64,000 nucleotides of DNA from a virus (Duplodnaviria; Caudoviricetes). Positions 56,526 through 64,000 of the stretch are shown piece by piece (positions within the stretch are counted from its first letter, which is position 1; every line of letters starts with the position of its first letter). The notes beneath the pieces are model-generated. The model was not told where the DNA came from. It saw only the letters and a program-made list of their open reading frames with translations, and did not search any database. The translations under genes and the position numbers were made by a program. The stretch covers positions 1-64,000 of IMG/VR virus record IMGVR_UViG_3300033984_000268, one strand, 5' to 3'.

Positions 56526-56562
56526 AGTCAGCCACATTAAACCAACCTCTCTGTGACAATCA

Positions 56563-58299
56563 TTAATATTTTATAATGTATCGCATTGTAATACTTTTTT
56601 GTCTATTATCTCCTGATGCTGTACCTGTAATTGTTCCGGCACCTGTTCCAGTGATTGGTCCAGATCCAGTTCCTGACATTGTACCTGTTGCAGCAGTTGT
56701 ACCTCCTGTACCTGCATTACCTATTGTTCCTGAAAATGTATGGGTGTGATCTATTTGTTGTTGAGTATCACCACCATTAAAATTACCATCTGCTCCAATT
56801 AAAACTCTAGTATAATCACCAGTTCTTGCAGTTACAGGACTAGCATCACCTGATGTACCATTTGTAGTAGCGGTCATCAATTGTGCTCTACCACCTCCAA
56901 TCGACACACCAGTAAGACTATGTGTATGTTCAGGTAAATTTCCAATACCAATTGTAACAGATGCTGTACCTGTTACAGTAACAGAAGCATTTCCTGCTAA
57001 TGTTGCTATAGTTGCAGTTCCAACAACAGTTCCAACAGAAGCATTATCCCCAACTTCATTTCCAGTATTTGCAGCTGTTCCACCATAAGGAATTTTATCA
57101 ATTAAATTTGGAACCGAAAATGTATTTGGGGGTACTGGATTCAAATTATATTCTGTTCCAATTACACTAAATAAATCACCATACGTTACTGTAGAAACTA
57201 TTTGACCATCGCATAATAACCATCCAACTGGAACAGTAACACCTACAGCACCAGCCCATGGAATAATACCACCTACAGGAAATAAACCTGCACCTGCGCC
57301 TTGAGCTGTTGAGTTGCCGCCAGTATTATTTGGTATTGCATCTTGTCCTGGAATATTATATGATGCACTTATTTCTGTATTAGCAGCCGGAATACTTCCA
57401 TTTGCATGAACTAATGTAACTACGTATATATGTGTATTTCCAGAAACTCCTAAACCATCTACTTTATAAATACCAAAGTTTGCAGAATTTTGAGCATCAA
57501 CCAATTGTATAATGCTGTTTTTTACAATTCCTTGAGCCCATTGTAGTCCACCATTTATAGCACCTACAGCACCACCATATCCATTTATTGTAGTATGGCT
57601 AATTGCTATTTGTGTAACAGCAGTGTAAGTTGCTGCACCACTAACACCTACTGTACCAGCAACCGCACCATCACCTTTCTTAAAGAGAACTGAATTAGCA
57701 CCCATGTTTCCTTGAATACCCAATAAACCAGGTGCACCAGCAGAACCAGGAGTTCCCTGATCTCCTTTAGGAAGAGTAAAGTTTAATGCATACGGATTGG
57801 TTCCAGTAACTGCTACTGCAGGTGTTGGTCCTTGTGTAACAACGCCAATAGTTATTGTAGGTGCAGGTCCAGTTTGACCTGGCGCGCCATTTTGACCAGG
57901 ATTTCCTTGCTGTCCTTGTTGACCAGGATTTCCTTGTTGACCTTGTGCTCCTGGAGTTCCACTTCCAACACCTGCTGGTCCTGGAGGTCCTGCCGGTCCT
58001 TGAAAACCACGAGGTCCTCTTAATCCTGTTCCACCAGCACCACCATTAGCTCCACCAGCTCCGTTAGCACCATTACCACCAGCACCGCCATTGTTACCAT
58101 TAACACCGCCAAAACCATTAGCACCGTTAGTACCATTTCCACCAAAACCATTTGAGCCATTGGTTCCATTACCACCACTTGATCCATTACTGCCAAAACC
58201 ATTGCCACCAAAACTATTGCTTCCATTGCCGCTACTTGAATTATTGCCACTGTTTTGACAAGAACCTTTACAACTTTTAACTTTACATTTTATACACAT
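56563..58299 (-). CDS. collagen-like tail fibre protein with a phage tail collar domain
   Basis: Gly-X-Y runs; FPVGGIIPWAG...GWLLCDG...YGDLFSVIG...FSVPNL collar motif; ends MRYIIKY. Confidence 0.85.
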   Translation of the reverse strand: MCIKCKVKSCKGSCQNSGNNSSSGNGSNSFGGNGFGSNGSSGGNGTNGSNGFGGNGTNGANGFGGVNGNNGGAGGNGANGAGGANGGAGGTGLRGPRGFQGPAGPPGPAGVGSGTPGAQGQQGNPGQQGQQGNPGQNGAPGQTGPAPTITIGVVTQGPTPAVAVTGTNPYALNFTLPKGDQGTPGSAGAPGLLGIQGNMGANSVLFKKGDGAVAGTVGVSGAATYTAVTQIAISHTTINGYGGAVGAINGGLQWAQGIVKNSIIQLVDAQNSANFGIYKVDGLGVSGNTHIYVVTLVHANGSIPAANTEISASYNIPGQDAIPNNTGGNSTAQGAGAGLFPVGGIIPWAGAVGVTVPVGWLLCDGQIVSTVTYGDLFSVIGTEYNLNPVPPNTFSVPNLIDKIPYGGTAANTGNEVGDNASVGTVVGTATIATLAGNASVTVTGTASVTIGIGNLPEHTHSLTGVSIGGGRAQLMTATTNGTSGDASPVTARTGDYTRVLIGADGNFNGGDTQQQIDHTHTFSGTIGNAGTGGTTAATGTMSGTGSGPITGTGAGTITGTASGDNRQKSITMRYIIKY

Positions 58300-58310
58300 A
58301 ATTTTTTATT

Positions 58311-60332
58311 TTAAATTGAAAGAGGTTTTTGAGGTGAAGCAGATGAAGTTGAAGTTGCAGGTGTATTTAAAGTTCCATTATTATTTACAAATTTTCCAAT
58401 ACCTGTAACAAAGTTATATTCTAAAACATTTATTCTTTTTGATGCTTTTGGAGTTAATGATTCTTGACCAGTTCCATTATAATATAAATCACCACCCATT
58501 GTTGAACCGTAAGAACCTGCTGCAGTACCAGCATTTAAATTATTACAAACAATAACCGGTGGCGTTGTTAATATTGTTTCAACACCACCTACAACTTGAA
58601 ATACAAAATTAGATAAATTAACTGCAGTTATAGGATTAGCTACAGTATTTGTATAAAATTTAGCAGTCATACCTACAGGATATCTACTTGGAGTTTGTTG
58701 ACTGGTATGCCACCAAGCTCTCATTTCTACAGCAAATGATTCTATAAAAGTAGAAATTTGTGTAGCTGTATTTGTTCCTACATTTGTACCAGCTAAACCA
58801 AATCTTGCTCTAATTTCTTTTACATTTATTAATATTGATTCTGCACCTATACCTGTATTATCCCCTGAATGCAAAAGAACAGATTCTTGAGTTAAAGGAA
58901 TACTACCATTTTTAAAGTAACCGTTTAAATTACTAACACCATCTCTTTTATATTTTGGAAAAACACCACCACCAGCAGCACCAGTATTAGTATGATGTCT
59001 AGCAGAATAACCGTAGTAATGTGAATCAAGTAAAGGATTATTTTCATCAGGTCCAGCATAAAGTCTAGTATGTGTATCTAAATCTCTACCTTGAACATCA
59101 TCTTTAACTACTTTTGTTACACCATTAAGAGTATAAGGTGTAAGATATATATCACCCCCATTTCCATCAGGCCAAGTATCTGTTGGATCTTTTAAAAATT
59201 TATAAGTAAGAACAATATAATCTGCTTGAATTTCAAATTGAACTTCTGTTGAAGGTACTCCCGGAACAGGAACACCACCATTCTCAATACAATCTACAGC
59301 TATTCTACAAACAGGCACACCACCACATACATCTAATTCACCATTTGCGCAAGTGTATTCACTTGGTAATGTTCCAGGAGGTGCTGTTGATATACCTATT
59401 AAGTTTTTAGATGAAAAATATATATATGGATTAAGATTAGCTTCAATATTTGTAGCTGATAATAATGTTGATTGAAAAGTTGCTAAAGGTATATCATATA
59501 TTTCAGCAACAACTGATGCTTTTGAAGTGGCTTGTGTTGTTGCATTTTTACCAGTTAATTTTATAACATGATTACCTGCAGGCAATGTAATAGGAAAAGC
59601 ATGTAAATGATAAAAACAAAGTGTATCAGCAGGAGCTGTAAAACCATCAAATATTGTTATAAATGGACCAACCCCCCCAATTGTATTTAATGCTACTTCT
59701 AATTTTACATAGTTATCTCCAGCAATAGCACAAATATATTCTTTGGCAGTTCCTATATTAAAACAAACATTAAATCCAAATTCTTCACCTGCAACAACTT
59801 TTGAAGTATCAGTTCTATTCCAAACACCAGCATTATTTAAACGACCTAATGCTAAATTACCTGAATTACCTGATGGAAAATCTCTACCCCATAAATCACT
59901 TTGAGTTGTACTTAATATAGGTATTGCTACTGACGCAGAATCTTTAACAACTGAACCAACATATGTTAAAGGAAGTACAAATGCAGGTGTAGTTAAGTCA
60001 CCTAAACTTTTAAATAATTTTATACCTAATTTATTATAAGAAGTTTCCGTTAAAGCTTTTTTAATAATTTGTGGAACACCAGGAAACAAAGGAGATTGAA
60101 GAACTTCACATGCACCTGTTAATGCATTTGATGTACTACCTTCAGGACATGTACATATACATGTCATTGGTTTCCAAGTAGGCCAACCAGCAGTATAAGT
60201 ACCATCATGATAACGAAGATCTCTTACTTTTGGATCAAGTAATTGCCATCCAAGTTGTCTATCTTTAAAATAAATATCATGGTAACATGGATCTAACCAA
60301 TTTTGACCATCAAAAATTTTATAATTTCCCAT
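58311..60332 (-). CDS. putative fibre/receptor-binding virion protein with Cys-rich modules
   Basis: 673 aa, beta-rich; CTCPEG...C and YTC...C modules; AGDNYV...LPAGNHVIKLTG resembles a lectin/PA14-like fold. Confidence 0.5.
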   Translation of the reverse strand: MGNYKIFDGQNWLDPCYHDIYFKDRQLGWQLLDPKVRDLRYHDGTYTAGWPTWKPMTCICTCPEGSTSNALTGACEVLQSPLFPGVPQIIKKALTETSYNKLGIKLFKSLGDLTTPAFVLPLTYVGSVVKDSASVAIPILSTTQSDLWGRDFPSGNSGNLALGRLNNAGVWNRTDTSKVVAGEEFGFNVCFNIGTAKEYICAIAGDNYVKLEVALNTIGGVGPFITIFDGFTAPADTLCFYHLHAFPITLPAGNHVIKLTGKNATTQATSKASVVAEIYDIPLATFQSTLLSATNIEANLNPYIYFSSKNLIGISTAPPGTLPSEYTCANGELDVCGGVPVCRIAVDCIENGGVPVPGVPSTEVQFEIQADYIVLTYKFLKDPTDTWPDGNGGDIYLTPYTLNGVTKVVKDDVQGRDLDTHTRLYAGPDENNPLLDSHYYGYSARHHTNTGAAGGGVFPKYKRDGVSNLNGYFKNGSIPLTQESVLLHSGDNTGIGAESILINVKEIRARFGLAGTNVGTNTATQISTFIESFAVEMRAWWHTSQQTPSRYPVGMTAKFYTNTVANPITAVNLSNFVFQVVGGVETILTTPPVIVCNNLNAGTAAGSYGSTMGGDLYYNGTGQESLTPKASKRINVLEYNFVTGIGKFVNNNGTLNTPATSTSSASPQKPLSI

Positions 60333-60334
60333 AC

Positions 60335-60997
60335 TTATTGTTTAATCCAAATATCTCCAGGGCGTAATTTGTTAGCAACATACGTTCCACCTGCAGCAGT
60401 TGTGTCGATAAAGTTAGTAGTAAAACCTGGAATACCAGCATAAATATTTTGAAAAACTATATCTGTTGGTTCACCATTAGGTCCACCACCAGCAAAATTT
60501 TGCGCTGTACTATAGATACCTACAAATACTGCTACACCTCTACCATCTAAACCATTGCAACCATTATTAAGATTAGCCTGACTTATAATGCTACCGTCGG
60601 TTCCTTTTTTATTAACAACCGTTATACCACCATTACAACCACCTGTATATGGTGCAAGTTCAACAAAGTTTCCATTTTTACCAGTATCACCTGGTAATCC
60701 TGGGTTACCTGTAGTTCCAGGTGGGCCTTGTAACCCACTAAGACCATTAACACCAGCAGGACCGCTTGGCCCTAATGGCCCAGCTGTTCCATCTTTTCCA
60801 GGATCACCTTTTGGTCCTGTCGAACCAGCTTCACCCTTATCTCCTTTATCTCCTTTTGTACCACCTGAACCTTGAGCTCCAGTAAAACCTCGTTCTCCTT
60901 GCTCACCTTTATCGCCTTGGTCACCTTTAAAGCCGCGTGGTCCACGTACTCCTTTAGGAACAGGTGAACATAAACTATTTTTTTCGCAATCGCTCAT
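60335..60997 (-). CDS. collagen-like fibre protein
   Basis: About 30 Gly-X-Y triplets; C-terminal RPGDIWI motif. Confidence 0.8.
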   Translation of the reverse strand: MSDCEKNSLCSPVPKGVRGPRGFKGDQGDKGEQGERGFTGAQGSGGTKGDKGDKGEAGSTGPKGDPGKDGTAGPLGPSGPAGVNGLSGLQGPPGTTGNPGLPGDTGKNGNFVELAPYTGGCNGGITVVNKKGTDGSIISQANLNNGCNGLDGRGVAVFVGIYSTAQNFAGGGPNGEPTDIVFQNIYAGIPGFTTNFIDTTAAGGTYVANKLRPGDIWIKQ

Positions 60998-61015
60998 GAC
61001 TAATTTTTTTCAAAG

Positions 61016-61609
61016 TTAATAATGTATTTTAATATTCGGTCTGTTTGATAACAATGTACCTACACCTGTAACAGGTGCAGTAGCACTTGCTTTTGTTATA
61101 ACTGTATTTGCAACAGTAGAACCATCATTTCCACCAGAATCTCCTTGATATACACCCCATTGATTTTCCCAAACTAACATAAGATTTTTTACACCATCGT
61201 AAACAAAAGGAGTATCAAGTATAAATTGATACCATACATTGTTGTTTGGTATTCCAAATGTAAAAGCAGCTTTAACAGTAGCTAATCCAGTAAGAGTTAA
61301 TCCTGCAAATGACATGTCTGGACTTGCACTAAAAACAGCTTGATCAACCATTGCTAGTTTAAGTTCTTGATTAGGAAAAGATCTAGGTGTTGCATAACTT
61401 CTAAAATACAAACTTACAGCTGTAATAGTTTTAGGACCACCTAATTCAGCTGCTGTCCAAATAACAGCAGTCTTACCATATTTATCCGAACCATTTAATA
61501 TTAAATTATAAACACGTGTAGAACCTGTACCAATTTGTAAAACCCCTCCGGTAACTGGAGGGGTTACACTAACATCTCTGTGTCTTAATATTCCTATATG
61601 ACTTTGCAT
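61016..61609 (-). CDS. putative receptor-binding beta-sandwich protein
   Basis: IWTAAELG..TITAVS...WYQFILDTPFVYDGVKNLML...RPNIKI resembles a domain of Bacteroidota secreted surface proteins. Confidence 0.5.
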   Translation of the reverse strand: MQSHIGILRHRDVSVTPPVTGGVLQIGTGSTRVYNLILNGSDKYGKTAVIWTAAELGGPKTITAVSLYFRSYATPRSFPNQELKLAMVDQAVFSASPDMSFAGLTLTGLATVKAAFTFGIPNNNVWYQFILDTPFVYDGVKNLMLVWENQWGVYQGDSGGNDGSTVANTVITKASATAPVTGVGTLLSNRPNIKIHY

Positions 61610-61611
61610 AA

Positions 61612-63054
61612 TTATACTTTTAAATCACCACCTAAAAACCAAACTCCAGCTGAATTAAGTGTCATTGTTCCAAATGAATATTGTACTCTTAATCTTTTTT
61701 CAGCACCAGTTGAATTAAGTATTTCTGTTTGAGCTGGTGATACTCCACTTGTTCCTCCAACAAAAGTTACTTCACCAGTACCTTGTCTAATAATAGTACA
61801 TGTAAATCCAACAGGCGGAAGTGCATCTAAAAATACACCTGTTTTTGTAGCAATCGTAATAGCAGTACTTGTATTAATATAAATAATACTATTGTTATGC
61901 CAAGGTCTTAATACAAAAACACTACCGCTATTAACAGTATATACTTCAGGAATTGATTCACAAAGCCAACCATAAGTATATGAATACGTTGCTGTTATTG
62001 GATTATAAATAGTTGTTTTTAAACTATATGTATAAACAGCATTTCTATCTGTATTATAAACTTGATACCCAACAGCAACAGTTAATGCAAGCATTTCTGC
62101 ATTTGTTTTACTTGGTAATATATAAGGATTAGTTAATTGAAAACCAGGAATTGGCCATATTCCAGCACCCTTTGGTCCATACATCATGTATGTATTTGTA
62201 TTTAAATAGAAATCTCCATTTACTCCTAAAGAGTTACTTGGAACAGTTGTTCCATTTAAAACTGTTTTTCCATCTGCACCATTTAAACCATTGGTTCCAT
62301 TAGTACCATTCGTACCATTTATACCAGCGGATCCAGTTGCACCAGCACTACCTGTAGGACCAGCAGGACCAGTAGGGCCTGTGGGTCCTGTTAAACCAAT
62401 TGGACCAGTAGGGCCAGTTGCGCCAGTAATACCTTGAGGTCCAGTAGGGCCAGTTGCACCACCTGTACTTAATAAAGCCCATTGTGCACCATTTGCTGTT
62501 GGATTAACTCCAGTTACAGGTCCATTCCATACCCAATAAGAAGCTCCGTTGTATAAAGCTGTATCATTAGTAACATAAGTTGTACCAGCAGCATAATCAC
62601 CTTTCCAAACTAATCCACCTGGAGAAAGTCCAGGATTACCTTGAATACCGGTTGCACCAGTCAATCCAGTTGCACCTGTTGGGCCAGCAGGACCTGTTGG
62701 ACCTTGTGAACCGTTGGTACCATTAGTGCCACGCATAGATGTAGCAGTACCCCATACACCTGCAGTTTTAGGTCCGTATAAATCTAACGTAACAGTATTA
62801 ATGTAAAAATCTCCATTATTACCTAATGCATTAGAAGGTACAACAATACCATTTAAAGTTGATTTTCCATCAGCTCCTGTTGGACCAGTTGCTCCATCTA
62901 CTGGAAGACCAAAAACTTCTTGCCATGCTAAATTTCTCCATACATAATACTTATCATCAACATCTACATAATATGCAACATGTGGCAAAGTTCCTAATGC
63001 TGGTCTATTAATAGCCAACGGAACAACAATAATTTGAAAACTTGAATTTGACAT
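61612..63054 (-). CDS. collagen-like tail fibre protein with repeated modules and a CBM-like domain
   Basis: GPT/GAT collagen runs; two G.NGDFY.NT...YGPK modules; [11 protein letters not shown]...YNGASY...W. Confidence 0.8.
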   Translation of the reverse strand: MSNSSFQIIVVPLAINRPALGTLPHVAYYVDVDDKYYVWRNLAWQEVFGLPVDGATGPTGADGKSTLNGIVVPSNALGNNGDFYINTVTLDLYGPKTAGVWGTATSMRGTNGTNGSQGPTGPAGPTGATGLTGATGIQGNPGLSPGGLVWKGDYAAGTTYVTNDTALYNGASYWVWNGPVTGVNPTANGAQWALLSTGGATGPTGPQGITGATGPTGPIGLTGPTGPTGPAGPTGSAGATGSAGINGTNGTNGTNGLNGADGKTVLNGTTVPSNSLGVNGDFYLNTNTYMMYGPKGAGIWPIPGFQLTNPYILPSKTNAEMLALTVAVGYQVYNTDRNAVYTYSLKTTIYNPITATYSYTYGWLCESIPEVYTVNSGSVFVLRPWHNNSIIYINTSTAITIATKTGVFLDALPPVGFTCTIIRQGTGEVTFVGGTSGVSPAQTEILNSTGAEKRLRVQYSFGTMTLNSAGVWFLGGDLKV

Positions 63055-63064
63055 ATCTTAATAA

Positions 63065-64000
63065 TTAATCTGTTATATTAGCAATTTGTTCAGAATCTAC
63101 AGAATCATAATACGATAACCTTAATCCACTAGCACTGTTCATAAACAGTTTTTTATTATAATTTGCATAAACGTGTAATGCAAGCGTAAAATCTGTATTT
63201 GCTACATCAATTTCTATCGATGTATTTTTAAATGTATTTATAGTAATGTTATTTTGAAATAATAAACCTATTACATTAATCATTGAATTAATTTTATTAA
63301 AACTAAATAATCCAGCGAATGATACATTTGTGCAAGAACCAGTAAATAAATTTGAACTAAATTCACTAGAAAATGATAGATTGTACACATGATCTAAAAA
63401 AGTTCCGTTTTGAGAATCAGATTTAAATGTTACATTATCTGCTGATTTTGCAAAAACTATATTAGGTAAATCAAACGTGTTAACGAGAGATGATGCACCA
63501 GCTGCTATACTTGTATTTCTAACTACATGAAGTCCGCTAAAATTAAATGTAGGAAATAATTGACTACCTAAACCTAAATCATAATATGATGAAAATACAC
63601 CTAATGCATCTGCATATCTTTTAAATTTAACACGTCTGTGATCATAATCTGTTTCATTTCCATATTCATCTTTACGATAAAGAATGCGTCCTTTAGTAGC
63701 AAAACCACCAACAGGTGTTGTATATTCAAGTTGATAATGAATAATATCTTTTGGGTATGCAACATCAAATGCTTCAAGTTGTAATTGATTTGAACTTAAT
63801 GCAAATACAATTAATGGACTTACTATTTCAGTTTGCAATGTTGTTGGAAGAGCACGTGTAACAGGAGTTGCATATTCAGGTAAATCATACATTGTAGCAA
63901 AGTCTGTTATTCTATAATACTCACCACGTTGCAAAGTATTATTTATTTTTAAATTTAATAAATTCGCATGTGTAATATCAACAATAGTTGCACCAGTAGG
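63065..64000 (-). CDS. tail fibre/spike protein, truncated at the window end
   Basis: The frame stays open from 63934 to 64000 (PTGATIVDITHANLLNLKINNTLQRGEYYRITDF); C-terminal Asn/Phe beta-helix-like repeats. Confidence 0.65.
   Translation of the reverse strand, partial: PTGATIVDITHANLLNLKINNTLQRGEYYRITDFATMYDLPEYATPVTRALPTTLQTEIVSPLIVFALSSNQLQLEAFDVAYPKDIIHYQLEYTTPVGGFATKGRILYRKDEYGNETDYDHRRVKFKRYADALGVFSSYYDLGLGSQLFPTFNFSGLHVVRNTSIAAGASSLVNTFDLPNIVFAKSADNVTFKSDSQNGTFLDHVYNLSFSSEFSSNLFTGSCTNVSFAGLFSFNKINSMINVIGLLFQNNITINTFKNTSIEIDVANTDFTLALHVYANYNKKLFMNSASGLRLSYYDSVDSEQIANITD

Noticed and set aside
2099-60875. Numerous 60-136 aa ORFs antisense or out of frame within long genes
   Set aside because: Shadow ORFs caused by codon bias and repeats; they lie inside well-supported genes and show no motifs
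57715-62900. Eukaryotic collagen contamination or DNA tandem-repeat arrays
   Set aside because: The repeats are Gly-X-Y codons inside intronless phage fibre genes with collar and phage-type modules
63065-63934. 289-aa ORF as a complete gene starting at TTG 63934
   Set aside because: The frame is open to the window edge, so the true start lies beyond 64000
1-64000. Stop-codon reassignment (TAG or TGA), known in some crAss-like phages
   Set aside because: Very long genes are intact in the standard code, and TAG (4904-4906, 8445-8447) and TGA end genes at sensible boundaries
1-64000. tRNA genes, CRISPR array, integrase, or DGR reverse transcriptase
   Set aside because: Coding density leaves almost no room; no cloverleaf, repeat-spacer array or relevant catalytic motifs were seen

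Overview
About 64 kb of an AT-rich (roughly 30% GC) crAss-like (Crassvirales-type) podophage genome, probably infecting a Bacteroidota/Flavobacteriia host (starts lack Shine-Dalgarno sequences and are A-rich). It has two convergent arms. The plus strand (1-15384) is an early/replication arm: VWA protein and MoxR-like AAA ATPase, PD-(D/E)XK nuclease, stand-alone WGR protein, family B DNA polymerase, DUF932-like protein with an acidic tail and Zn ribbon, Dda/RecD-like helicase, MazG-like pyrophosphohydrolase and many small ORFs. The minus strand (64000-15359) is a late/virion arm: collagen-like fibre and receptor-binding proteins, an IHF-like protein, two tail ring proteins, a 1664-aa tail stabilisation/muzzle protein, four putative cargo proteins and three giant proteins (2344, 3840, 2024 aa). 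The 3840-aa protein is a single-chain virion RNA polymerase with an SGADYDID catalytic loop. The most notable observations are zincin-type protease modules in all three giant proteins, accessory SLOG-like and DUF4326-like domains on the polymerase, and a recurring Gly-Gly motif in the cargo proteins that may be a processing or packaging signal. No tRNA, CRISPR array, integrase or stop-codon recoding was seen. All assignments are by motif recognition and gene order, without database searches.
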